From: Klebsormidium nitens
Lineage: Eukaryota > Plantae > Klebsormidiophyceae
Assembly: GCA_000708835.1 (NCBI GenBank)
Contig: DF237034.1
Span: forward strand, 1-64,000
Length of the DNA: 64,000 nt
Reading direction: 5' to 3'
Part shown: one piece after another, positions 1 to 12,427 of the stretch
Position numbering within the stretch: the first letter of the stretch is position 1
Layout: each line of letters starts with the position of its first letter
Position numbers and translations under genes: made by a program
Notes under the pieces: model-generated
Databases searched by the model: none
Seen by the model: only the letters and a program-made list of their open reading frames with translations
Told to the model about the DNA's origin: nothing

Positions 1-190
1 CCTCATCCCCCATGCCGCCTATATGATGGGCCATGGCATGAGAAGAGGAAGCTGGGACTCAGAGCAGCGAGGGCAGCAGGATTAGACGATAGCTGGGAAA
101 AGCAAATCCGTGTAGCTATGCCCCTGCTGTGGATATGCTACAATGGGGAGCCCATTCGTACTGGTCAATGACGATGATCGTCTGTTCCAG

Positions 191-3100
191 GAGTGCGAGA
201 AGATTTTGTTGGGCATCCCACGTCGAGGCGGTGACATCTTCAGCTGTGCCCTGACCATCAAACAGTTGGCCGCGCGTTTGCCCCTTGGCTGCGCCAGCGA
301 CATCAGCGTCAAGAACGTCCGCCAGGCAAGCGCAGCGATGGCTGCTGAGCCTGCATTTTCTTGATGCCCGCTCCGTCATTGTCATACCACCACAGCAGTC
401 CTCTGTCAGGTGTTGGCCATCAGACTGAGGGCAATTGTGAACACATCTCTGTGCCTTAACACTCGAAAACTGTACACATGCCTGTATTGAAAGTTCTGAC
501 AGTGCTTTTGCAAATGTGGCTCTGACAGCATGCTTGGGGTGACGTCGAAGGCTATGACTCCTTCCGGTGTGGGCCGCATTGAGACCCACATCCTCCTATG
601 TGGATAGCCTGCTGATGCCTGGAGCACCCCCACGAGGACCATGTGTGAAAAATTGGCAATTGGACCGAGTACTTGCAATGCAGCCTCAACCCACTGAATC
701 AATCCTTTTGGTGCAGGTGCTGAGCCAGCCTGCGCACCAGAACGTGCTGATCGCGCTTGACGATGTCAACATCGTCCACGTCAAAAAGTTTGAGGAACAG
801 CCGCAGGCAGCGGGCACGGGTGTAGCGGAGGGACCAACGGGCGAGCCCGATGACGCTGCCTGCAACCTCTGGGATGCGCCTGCGTCTTTAGGGGACGCCG
901 AGCAGGAGGGAGAAGAGGATGCGTGCCGACAGGGCCTGATGGACGGGGGCGAAGGGCAGCGGGGAATGCGGAAGGAGCGAACAGAGAGTGGGGCAGTGCA
1001 GGCGGCAACAGCAAGCGCTAGCCCAAGCACTGCCGGGGAAAACATGGAAGTTATGAAGCAGAGGGATCCCCCTAGGGCAGACTTGGGCGTGGAAAAGCAA
1101 GGAGTGGCCACGCTGGGAACGGGGCAGGACAACGAGCCACGAGGGGCGAGTGCGCCCTTCTTGTTTTTTGGAGCAGTAGGCGGGCCCAGCAGTGCCCCTG
1201 CGAAAAATGGTTTCTCCAGCCAGACGTCCAAGGTGGACCCGGGGGAAGCCGCCGGGGTGAAGCAGCCAAAAACGACTGCTGGGGCCGTGCCTGCTGTCGC
1301 CGTTGTGAACGCGATTGCGGGCAGCCAGAATGCTACTAGTCAACTGGATTCTGTGGCGCCAGGTGGAGGGCGGGGTCAAAGCGGTGGCGCGGAGGCCAGC
1401 AGTGGGGCTGGTCACGAGCAGGAGGAGGGAGAGGAGGAGAGCGAGGAGGAGCAGCTGGGCAAGCTGAGGCACTGCCAGGTTGACACAAACTTTTCCTTTC
1501 TGAAGTTTGCAATAAAACTGCCAGTCTGTCTTCGAGGTTTGTCTGGTACCGTTCGATCGAATCCATGTAGCATTGAAATGGTTTGACATAACTTGATAAC
1601 TGTCAAATTCTCAACTTGACAGTTTGAACGCGACCACCGCTATGAGAGATGATTACATCTTCTCCGCACTTCTTGAGATGCAAAGTTTTCAAGGATGCCG
1701 GCAATACATCTTTCGGAATGCTGATGCGGCCATGCCTTCTCTCCCTGCAGGACGAGATCAAGCGGCTGCTCTTGGAGCGGCACTCCCTGGAGGCCGCCCT
1801 CACGGCCAGGCTGACGCAGCACGCGCAAGCAGGGCAGGCGGCCCGGGCCCGCCAGCTTGCGGCGCAGCTGGCGCACATTGTGCGGGACATGCCGCAGCTG
1901 CCAGGGACAGGCCCCGAGCAGGCCCCACCTGGCAGCAACGCGCCGAAGGGGGTCGCTCCGCATCTCTCGGAGTCTCGCAGGCACGATGCAAACGGCCACG
2001 CAGCGTCTCCTTGTGCTGGGCGAACGAGTGGGCGGATTGGAGGGCAGGGGGCGAAAGATGGGGGGGAGAGCGACGTGGAGGTGATGGACGCACCGCCGGC
2101 GGCAACGGAGTGGGCCAAGAAGCGGGAGACCGCCCTCAAGCGGCGGCGCGAGGGGCAGAGCGGAGACGCCGAGGCAAAGCGAGCGAGGGGGCCGGAGAAG
2201 CGGGAGCACGAAGCGGAGACGGGGATGACAGGGCAGTCGGAGCTGAAAAAGGGAAAGGAAACAAAAATAAAGGAAGAGATGGACCAATCTCGGGTTGGCC
2301 AGGAAGGATACGGCACCACGGGGCAAGGTGTGACGAAAGTGGAGGGCGGTGGACTTGCTAGCCGCAGTGCAAACGCGAGCGATGGAGGGGCAAGTCCACC
2401 TGCGACAGAGCTTGCTCTGGGAGGGCCGCCCGGCAGCAGCAGCGGTTTTGGGATACCACCAGCGGCCACAGGGAAGGCCGGTCCGATGGAGCAGCGGGCC
2501 AGCGACGTGGAGGCGGCAACTGCGTCATCTTCCCGCTTTCCGCCGGCGCTTGTCACGGCAGTGGAGGAGCTGGGGGGGGACGCACTGGCGGGATGGGCGG
2601 CGGTGGCGCAGGCAGAGGTCGCGGCGGAGGTGGAGCGGCGGGGCATCGGCACTGGCGACGAGAGCGTCGTAGGCAAAGGGCTTTCTGTGGTGTGGGCGAA
2701 TGGAGTAGCCGGGCGGGGAGAAACGAGCAGCGGGGAAAGGCCTCGGGAGGCACAAGGGGAGCAGCTCGTGCGGGTCCCGAGCGAGAAGCCGGCGGCAGGC
2801 AATGTCGTGGTTGTCCAAACCACGGCAAGTGGCGGTGCAAAGGCTGGAGCAGGAGAGCAGGACAAGGGGAAAGCCCATGTCGCGGAGACGTACGGGGAGG
2901 CACCGGAAGGAGGGGCGCAGACTGCACGGGCCGGGGGCACGAGCAACAGCCCGAGCGAGCAGACCACAGCACCAGCGGCCAGACAGGATGCAGCTGACAC
3001 CAAGGTGGTGGGCCTGGGATTCAAGCGCAAACGGCATGGGGCTGCGCCTAAACGAAAGCGGCTGGAGGTAGGCATACTCCGGCTGCGTCAGCTCGTGCAG

Positions 3101-3662
3101 CTCAGGAAGGAGCTCCTTTCACAGCTCTTGCCTCTCGCGTTGGTACCACGCCGCTCCTCAATCTAATTGTATAGATGTCCGCCCAAGTGCAGAGTGGGCG
3201 GGTTCTACACGCCTACCGAGCAGAGTAGTGTGATCGATGGCGACGAGCCGGCTGAGGATTTTGGCGTCCGATGTCCTTTTCATATTGCCTGCTTATTTCA
3301 TCAAGAGCTGAGGCAAGTCGATGAATTTAGCCATAGCGATTGATCAATTGCATGTATCGTTCTTCATGCAGCCGGTGGAACCCGTCCACCTGGATTGGAA
3401 CATCAACGGCGAAGACGAAGCAGCGTCTGCACTCCTGGAATCATTGCTGACCCAGTGCAAGGCATCCTCCTCGGTGGCTGAGATCGACCGGGGATGGAGC
3501 GAAACACCCCAGGTTGTTGCGAAGAGCAAGGCTGATGTTCGGCTGGAGCCACCGACTGCAGAGGCGACTGAACCACCGAAGGCCCAACCAAGCGCCATTC
3601 AGCATCGGAAACAAAAGCGTCCTCGAAGACTTGTCAAGTCGAGCCAGTCCATCTCCTTTTGA
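191..3662 (+). CDS. Spliced gene for an uncharacterised, largely low-complexity, probably nuclear protein; 5' end may lie upstream and the 3' exon structure is uncertain
   Basis: In-phase exons at ~191-325 (GC donor cag|gcaagc), 717-~1478 and ~1750-3067 (ctggag|gtaggc), with a possible last exon ~3372-3662. Includes a short coiled segment (DEIKRLLLERHSLEAALTARL), E/G/A-rich tracts and a bipartite NLS-like FKRKRHGAAPKRKRL. No domain recognised. Confidence 0.5.
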
Positions 3663-4380
3663 GTGCTTCGCGTTGTTGACAAATCGCAGCTCCACGCTTG
3701 TGGCACTGGTCAAGAAATTTGTGGCGAGCATTGAGCAGCCATCTAAGGCAGTACCGTCAATATTGCGTTGCATAATGTTTCTGGTGCCACTCCGAGATGC
3801 TGCGACTGGTCGTTGCGATGTTGCTTCTGATCAGATTGTCGTATCTAAGTCAAGCTATAGCCATGCGCTTTTCATGTAACTCTCTCTATGATGGTGAAGG
3901 ATGCACAAATCTGAATGCAGCTGCATCTTCTGTACACCCGGTCCAAGCAATCGAGGATTTTTAGTCAATGGCGCCTGCACTTTGTGTGTGTGGCTCCGCT
4001 GATGTCACCAGGTAGCTGCTAACGCAGACCAGATATATTACATTAGCTGCTTAGTACCGGCACTGCGCGCACGATGTACGTGCGCGGCAGGCACTGAGGC
4101 TACCTGAGCTCGCGATTTGATCCGATCACATGCAGGTCGCGCGCGCGACCGGCCCGGCCGGGCGGCTCGATCGTCGGCCCTGGGGGGTTTGGCCGTGGGA
4201 TTTATGCGTGGGGCAAAAATCCCTTCAGCCTTTAGCCTAGGAGGCGGCACCGTCGCAAATCGCTCGCGCCCGCGCCGGCGGCTCGCATGTCGAAGAACTC
4301 ATGCACTCAAGTCTCATGAACAACTTTGGCATGCTTCAACGCCCCCATGCTGGCATGACTGGCATGAGGGCTGTAGCGTG

Positions 4381-7300
4381 ATGGGCATGGGCGCAGCTTC
4401 GAGCAGCCGCTGCTTTGTGCGGCCGCCCCTGCTGTCCTGCCGAGGCGTGTTGGCGGTGGAGAAATGGGGGCAGGGAGGCAGGGCGGCAGTGCAGGCTGGG
4501 GGGAGCATCAAAGTGGGCGGTGGTCATGTCAGCGTGGCCACACCTCCAGCAGTCCGTGCACGAGGCATTGCAGCAAGTGCTTTTGTTCGCCATGGGTGTC
4601 TGGGCGGCGCGCCATGGGGCCTAAGTGTCGGCATTGTGCGTTGCAGGACCTGGTTCTCAGCCTCGCAGCCTGGTCCGCTGCTTGGGACCAGCTTTGATTC
4701 ATTTCAAACCCAAGCTTTGGCCGTTGAGGCAGCACAGGTAGAGGAGTCAGCCCCTGCGGAGGCCTCCTTGCAAGACTCTGGGCGCGGGCCTGCTGTGGAC
4801 TGGGAGGTGGGGCGCTGGGTAGTGTTCTCGGACCTGCACCTGAGCCGGCGCACGCTGGACATCTGCCTGCAGACACTGCGCCAGGTGCACGCAGAGGCCG
4901 CCGCCAGGTGCACCACCCACATCATACACCTCATACTAGTTTCGTGATCTGACTCACTAGTTTGTGGACAGGATTTTGATGAATGTGAGCTTGAAGACTG
5001 TGAAGTGCAACGCGCCCCTGATCTGCCCTGCCCTTGACTGACGTGCCCCTTGTTTGGGCAGGAATGCGGGCATCCTGTTCCTGGGGGACTTTTGGCATGA
5101 GCGGGGGGCGCTGCCGGTGGAGCCGCTGAACCAGGTGCTGCAGGTGATCCAGGCATGGCAGCGCCCCACGCTCATGATCCCAGGCAACCATGACCAGGTC
5201 AGGCCGCCAACCATCCCACTGCTTTCTGCACCACCAGCAGAGCTTGGCATGGAAGGCGGCTATTCTGTTCTCCCAGATTCTTAAGTCCAGCTGCGACCAC
5301 CACGTCTCTCCATACACATATGTCATCCTTCCATGTCCAGTTCGTGCCGCCAAAGGGGTGCCACTTTCAACAAGATTGCGCAGGGCCTGCCGCTTGACGA
5401 ACCCACTTTAGCTTGATTCCAGAAGTGGGCTTACACACAAAGTGCCGTGTTCCTTTTGGCAGGTCAGCATTGGTGGTGAAGTCCACTCGCTGACACCCCT
5501 GGCCGCGGCGTCCCCCTTCATCCGAGTCCTCCACGAGCCCAGCGTGGTCCAGGGCGCCCTGTTTGTCCCGTACAGGCGCGACCACCAGCTGGTGCTGGAC
5601 GCCATGCAAGCCCACCCCGACGTCAAGGCCGTCTTTGCGCACATTGACGTGGTGGGACGGCACACCCTCCGACAGCAAACGCGCAAACTATGATTTCTTT
5701 CTGGTTGAACAAACACAGACTAAGTGTTACTTGATCAATCTCAGCCTGTGAATCTGTCAGGTATGAGCGACAGATGCATCTGACCCCATTTTCTGAGCCG
5801 CGTAATTTTTCCATTCTACCTTTTAGAGTGAAAAACTCCCCTAACGTCGCATCTGGTCCCATGTCTTGCCGCAGGCGGGCGCCTATCTGAACAACTCGTT
5901 CCAGGCCAAGGACGGCATCGCCCCGGCGGCCCTCCGCAAGGACGTGCCCATTTACACGGGCCACTACCACCGGCCCCACACGGTTGACGGCACCAGCGTG
6001 CGCTACGTGGGCTCCCCCTACCAGGTGTCGCGCAGCGAGGCCGGCCAGCAGAAGCACCTCCTTGTGCTCGACCAAGACTGGCAGGTGCGCAGTCCCGCTC
6101 ATGCAGCAATTGCGGCACCAGGGTCAGGCCAAGGCACAACCCATTGAATAAACGAAGTATACCGCCGAGGTACTCGATAGCACCCCCCCCTGCAGGTCGG
6201 AAGTTGATTTCAGCTTGCTCTGCCATTCAAAAGCTTGGTCTATCGTGGCTGAGGCTTCCCACAGGGCGCACAGCTGGCGTTGACAATACTACCGGCCCCG
6301 CTGCAGGAGGAGGAGGTGATCCCCCTCTCCGTTGGGCCGCGCCACTTCTCGGTGTCAGGAGCCACTCCCGACCTGCCAGAGGACCTTCGGGCGGGGGACC
6401 GCCTGCGGTGGGAGGTGCCCGCCGAGTGGGCGCTCCTGGCCAAGCAGGCCCGGCCCAGCGCCAAGGCGGCGCCTCACCCGGTGGCGGACACCCTGGTGAG
6501 GCAGGCGGGGACCGACCCAAGATCTTGCACCCCCATGTGTCCCTCTTCTTTGACGTACTCAGATGTGGCGTCCTTGGTCGAAGCAAGGCCCTCGATCCTG
6601 TGATCCGTGGCCCACCCGTTCCTCGCCTACGTCCTGATTGCGCAGGTCAACCGTCTATGGTGGTGCAGGCTGACTTGCGGCGGCGCGGCGTGGAGGTAGA
6701 GGTGGTGTACCCCCTGCCGGCCAGCACGCCGCGCATCCAGAAGGCGGAAGAGCTGGTGAGCGCACCACCTCCCATCCTGCAGGCTCGTGCAAACAGGAGG
6801 CAGGAAGCGCAACCCAGGGGGGTGTGGTGGCGGCTGTTGAGGATTGATCATAACACGAGAGCTCCTGTGGCTTACTATAAACCCTTTGGAAAGCGATCTC
6901 GATCGATCGACGTCAGTCGCCTCCCTTAAGTCCACCGAGATGCAATGAGTAACCGTTTCGTCGACGAGGTACGGTTCGGAAAGATTGTCGCCGAAGCACG
7001 TTCCCAGGCTGTCGCATATGGCATGCAGCACTTCAACGCGGTTACTGACCGTGTCTTCTCGCGCCGTCGTTGCTGTCGTCGCAGGACGCCTTTTCGCTCT
7101 TCTCCCAGTACGCTGCCACGGTGGGCCTGTCGCCGCCTGCTCTGGCCCGCGGCCACGCCCTGCTGCGCGAGCTGGACCTGCCGGCCCGGGCGCTGCGGCG
7201 GCCGCGCGCGGACGTGGTCTTCCGGCGGCTCGAGCTGGAGGGGTACGGCCCGTTCCTGGCCCGTACCGAGTACTGCCTGGGGCCCGCGCGAGGCCTGCGC

Positions 7301-10300
7301 GCCATCACGGGCAGCATCCAGGACGGCGGCCAGGGCTCCGACAGCAACGGCGCAGGCGAGCGCCGTTCGGCGATCCTTCTCCTTGCAAACTCCCATAGCG
7401 GGAGCACGGTGAACTCTGAGTAGGATAAGGCTTTGTTTGTTTTGTTGAGAATGTCCAGAGCCTCTCGATGCTGCCATTTCGTCGTTGTCTCCGTTCAAGG
7501 CAGCTGCTGCAATTGCCTTCTCTGCCGTCACACAATCGTCCTGCCGTGACACCCGGTGCGGCTCACCTGCGCCTGGCTCCGTGTCCTGCAGGCAAGACGA
7601 CTCTGGTGATGGCCCCGCTCTGGGCCCTCACAGGTGCGCACGCACACCGTCTAGCCTTCTCGGACACCAGACATCGATGCTGCATCGAATCAAACATAGC
7701 GCTTGGTTTTGAGTTAAGTTTCTGAGCCTTTTGCTTTACTGGCTGGCTGTGCGTGTAGCTTGGTCCGCCAGCTCCCTTGAGCCCCCTACCTGTGCGTGCG
7801 ACGCCATAATCGGCTGTGTCTTTGGTGCAGGCTCGACGGACGCCCGCCCCGGCGCGGAGGGCGGGCTGCTGCTGGGGGAGGTGGTGCACCCCGAGGCCGC
7901 CAGCGCGCGCGTGCGCCTGGAGGGCGACGTCAACGGGCGGCCCTTCACAGTGGAGCGGACGGCCGGCCGCCGCTCGGGGCTGCGCTTCGAGGTGGACGGC
8001 GAGGACCGTACGCAACAAGAGATGCGGCTCACGCAGGACAAGATCAACGACCTCCTGTGAGCACGCCCGCGCAGGCGCGCGGCCGCTGCCCGTGAGGTGG
8101 AAGCACTTGCTGCAAACGGCGGCTCGAGCTCGCTAAAATCTTCATGCGAAAAGGAGCAGCGATACACCGATGTTGCATCTAGTGGACCCGTTGAGCTGAG
8201 CCCGGATTCATCGTCGGTTTCCGCCATGCAGGGATACGGCCTCGTTGCGCCGGATCGCCTTTCACGGTCAGCACGCGGTGGGTGGCCTCCTCGAGGCCAA
8301 CGACAGAGAGCTCAAGGTACGCCTGCGACCGTGCGGAATTCCTCGCATTTGAATGGCGCTTTTCTTTGATAGCCTCCTGGCATACGGATCTCAAAACCAT
8401 GCCGCCTTTGTTTAGAACGACACGACGTGATTGTCCAGCTTCCTGAGGAGGGCTTTCGTGGTGGCCCCTTGTGTGTTGGCTGAGCGGTGTGTCTGCGCTG
8501 CGGCGTGGCAGGAGGAGCTGTCGCGCATGGTGTCGATGGAGGTGTGGGTGGCTGCGGCGGAGGCGTGCAAGCGGCTGCTCAAGCAGCAGCGCACGCACGT
8601 GGAGCACCTGCACGGCGCCGCCGCCGAGCTGCGCAACAGAACCGCTGCGCTGGAAGCAGAGGTGAGGGACACCGCCGGGCCACGTCAGCACGACAATAGC
8701 AAGGGCGCTCTTGTGCACTCTGTGACCTGCTGCTGGCATCTCGTGTCCGAGGACTTGTTTCCGGGTCTGTACAGCTTGCTGGGTGTTTGCAGGCTGGCGG
8801 TCGCACACGCTGCCAATTGGTTGCAGGTTTGTTGACAAGTCCCCTACTCTTTCCTCCAGATTGAGCGGACCGAGTCCGAGCAGCGGCAGTTTGAGCAGTG
8901 GAAGGCGGCACAGGCGTCCCAGCTGGATGGCCAGCTGGCCGCCACGCGCAGCCAGCAGGCGACGGCTCTGCAGCGGTGCCTGGAATCCGCGGTCCGCCTG
9001 GATGCGTGCATCGCCGCGACGGCGGGCCTGCTGACCGACTGGGAGGACGCCGCGCTGGGGGACGTCCTGGGGCCGCCCGGGGCGGGCATTATGCGGCGGG
9101 GGTGTCGGCGGAGGAGGAGGAGGCGGCGGCACTGGCGCAGGATGCGCAGATGGAGCTGGTAGACAAACGGGCACAGGTGCAGGCCGGGCCAGCAGGGAAT
9201 CACGACGTATTTGGAAAACGAAGGCCTGAGCTTTTTGTATTGAGAGCGTGTATTCCTACCCTTACTACGTTCCCCAAAGGCTCAGCATGATGAGTTCCTC
9301 GGTTCGGAGGCTTTGAAAGTCTCGGAAAATCATGCTGTGTCGCGCTGGCATCAATATGCTTCTTGTCGGAGAAAGTCACAGCTTGCAAAGGAATTGTGTG
9401 ACCGGACTGCTATGCAGACCGTTTGAAACCCGAATCACCGCACCTTTGCTTGTTCTCCGTTCCGTTGGCGTCCCTGACTGTCCGCTCAGCCACGTGCTCG
9501 CTGGGTTGCGCAGGCACGCAGTGCTGCTGCGGCGGTGGAGGCCGCGCGCGCCCGGCTGGCATCGTTCACGGCGGCCAACGCGGAGGCGGTGGTGTGCGAG
9601 CGCTGCCTGCAGCCCGTCACTGGGGAGCACCTCGCGGCCAGCGTCGCCGCCATGCGCTCCGACCTCCAGCACGAGCAGGCGCGCCTTGAGCAGCTGCGAC
9701 AGGTGTGAATCACAGTTGGCTGGGGGCCCTACGAGGGGAATTCCAAATACGAGTATAGCCACTGCACCACCGGCCAAGCAAGTCTGCTTTGCTGACAACC
9801 TTCAAAGTGCTGACTCACGTGGCCTGACATGTGCGCTGCTTCAACGGGCGGCTCCGTATCTTTCGAAGTCCGGCTTGGCTCGTGGGCCCACTCTGGCGTG
9901 TCGTGCGCTGGTGCAGGAGGAGGCGGAGATGGAGGCGGTGCTGGAGGGCGTGCGAAGTATCCTGGAGGACCTGCGCACCACGCGGCGGCAGCACGAAGCG
10001 CGCCGCAGGAGCGACGACGAGCAGAGGCGGGCCGCCGCCAGGCAANNNNNNNNNNNNNNNNNNNNNNNNNNNNNNNNNNNNNNNNNNNNNNNNNNNNNNN
10101 NNNNNNNNNNNNNNNNNNNNNNNNNNNNNNNNNNNNNNNNNNNNNNNNNNNNNNNNNNNNNNNNNNNNNNNNNNNNNNNNNNNNNNNNNNNNNNNNNNNN
10201 NNNNNNNNNNNNNNNNNNNNNNNNNNNNNNNNNNNNNNNNNNNNNNNNNNNNNNNNNNNNNNNNNNNNNNNNNNNNNNNNNNNNNNNNNNNNNNNNNNNN

Positions 10301-12427
10301 NNNNNNNNNNNNNNNNNNNNNNNNNNNNNNNNNNNNNNNNNNNNNNNNNNNNNNNNNNNNNNNNNNNNNNNNNNNNNNNNNNNNNNNNNNNNNNNNNNNN
10401 NNNNNNNNNNNNNNNNNNNNNNNNNNNNNNNNNNNNNNNNNNNNNNNNNNNNNNNNNNNNNNCGACGACGAGCAGAGGCGGGCCGCCGCCAGGCAAGAAC
10501 GGTGAGCACGCGCCATATCTGAATTGAGGTTCGAAGACGTCATGAAAAGAAAAGCTGCGAATCTTAGCTGTCACATTAAGATTTTTCAGTTCATTTTTGA
10601 GCTGTCACTCTAAAAGGTATTTAGGCGCTTGGGTACGAGGAGCATTAGCAAGTTCGGAATGGGCATACTGCTCGTTGTTCATTGACATACCATGCCTGGT
10701 TGCTCTGCTCCAGCACTTTGACACGTGCCACGTGGTGCTGCGTGCAGGCAGGAGCTGCAGCAGGCGCGCAGCCGGCTGGCGGCGGCTGAAAGAGAACGGG
10801 ACGACGCGCGGGGCCTGGACGTCGCCACGTTTGATGCCCTGCGCCGTAGCACGCCCGCGGGTGGCCTCGCAGAGGACGCCGCGGGTCAGCCCTCGGCCCC
10901 CTCCAAGAGGACTCCCATTGCGGACCGAGCACGTGCCTCTTTGGATGAGCTCCAGCAGGCGACGTCGGCGGTGCGGGAGGGTCACCATGCCGCTGTGGCG
11001 GCGGAGGCGGCCGTGGGAGAGCTGGAGCGGCGGCAAGAGGAGGTGGCGGGGAAGCAGGACCCACACGCGGCGCAGAGGGACACGCTGGCACGCATGCACG
11101 CTGATGCGCAGGTGGGGCAGCGGCACAACAGTGTGTCGGCCAATGGGTCTCGGCACTGCCGGCAAAAGTGTCCACCCGTTGCCCGTTGCGTAGTATTAGC
11201 ATCAAGGAAGAAAGTACTCGGCCCGTGCAAAATCCACAACATTTCCTCTATAACTTTGTAGTCGAGGTCTTTCACAGCAGATGTCTCGCTTTGAAAGGCC
11301 GTTTGCTTCTGCAGCCGGTTTGTGCTTACGGATCTATCCTCGATTCCTCTGATACGTAAGGGGGAGGTTTGCTGGCCGCATCAGCCTCGTCCATTGCCGC
11401 TATCCAGGCGGAGCTAGCGGCGCGGGAGGCTGCCATCGGGACAGGCGAGGCGGAGGTGGGCGTGCTGCGCGCGGTGGAGGCCGCGGTGGGCCTGGCGGGC
11501 ATTCAGAGCTTCGTGCTGGAGGGCGCGCTCGCGGAGCTGGAGGCGCGCACGGCCGCGCTGCTGGACACGCTCTCGGGGGGGACGCTCGCGCTGCACCTTG
11601 CCGCCACGCGTGTCGGCAAAACCACCAAACGAGAGCAGGTCAGACCCGTCCAGATGCGCTCGCGGCAGAGCTTGGGATCACAGCGGATGCTGCGGAGTGC
11701 TGTAACTGCCAGTCCTTTGATAGCACACTGCGGATGCATGCCTTATCGTGCGCTCGGGCCAGCCTCTTGTAAGGAGGTTCTGGTCGCGATTTGCAAAACC
11801 GGGTTTTGCATTGCCGCTGGTTTTACCGACTTCGCTTCGGCTTGACCCGCTCCTCTTCCTACCGCCCGCTTCTCGCAGGAGAAGATCGACAAGGTGGTCC
11901 GCGTGCAGCTGGGCGACGGCCGCGTGGTGGACCGCTCAGTGCGCCAGCTCAGCGGCGGGGAGCGCCAGCGCGTCGCAGTCGCGCTCCAGCTCGCGTTCGC
12001 CGACTTCGCCGCGGAGCGCAGCGGCGTGCACTCCGACCTCGTCGTGCTCGACGAAGCCTTCCAGGTCAGCGTCACAGATGGGGCAGCCCAACGGCCTCCT
12101 AAACATCTGTCTCCACGTTGGTAGCAGCAGTCTCCTGACCAAACACTCTGTTGGAAGCTAGCATAGTCAACCCACAACTTTCCGAGCCGTCAAACGTGGC
12201 AGACAGGACTGTTGCGCAATTGTGTTGGACGGCTAACGCTATTTTTCGGCGTGTGCGTGCAGCACTTGGACACGGCGGGTCGGTCGCGCATGCTGGCCGT
12301 CCTGCGCGGGCTGGCGGCGGGCAGCGTGCTGGTGGTGAGCCAGGCCAACGGGGAGCTGGCCGGCATGTTCGACCTGGTCGACACCGTCGTGCGGGACGCG
12401 CGCACCGCCACCGTCGTCGTCACCTAG
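4381..12427 (+). CDS. SbcD/Mre11-type metallophosphoesterase fused to an SbcC/Rad50-type SMC ATPase, with an N-terminal transit-peptide-like extension (~18 exons)
   Basis: Exons approx. 4381-4907, 5062-5197, 5463-5651, 5875-6084, 6307-6495, 6669-6755, 7085-7355, 7592-7633, 7831-8056, 8232-8316, 8512-8661, 8860-9176, 9514-9702, 9917-10501 (spans the N gap), 10748-11111, 11408-11638, 11879-12064, 12263-12427. Nuclease motifs FSDLH, LGDFWH, PGNHD, AHIDV, GHYH, YVGSPYQ. ATPase motifs: Walker A GSDSNGAGKTT, Q-loop FHGQH, zinc hook CERC, signature LSGGERQR, Walker B/D-loop LVVLDEAFQHLD. Confidence 0.9.
10046..10462. other. Assembly gap (N run) whose two flanks repeat the same ~33 nt
   Basis: cgacgacgagcagaggcgggccgccgccaggcaa is present at 10013-10045 and again from 10463. 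Confidence 0.95.

Noticed and set aside
4135-4150. Perfect 16 bp palindrome ggtcgcgcgcgcgacc upstream of the SbcCD gene; another, actctggatccagagt, at 13326-13341
   Set aside because: Isolated short palindromes, and the first is mostly a (CG)n run; not enough to call a function.
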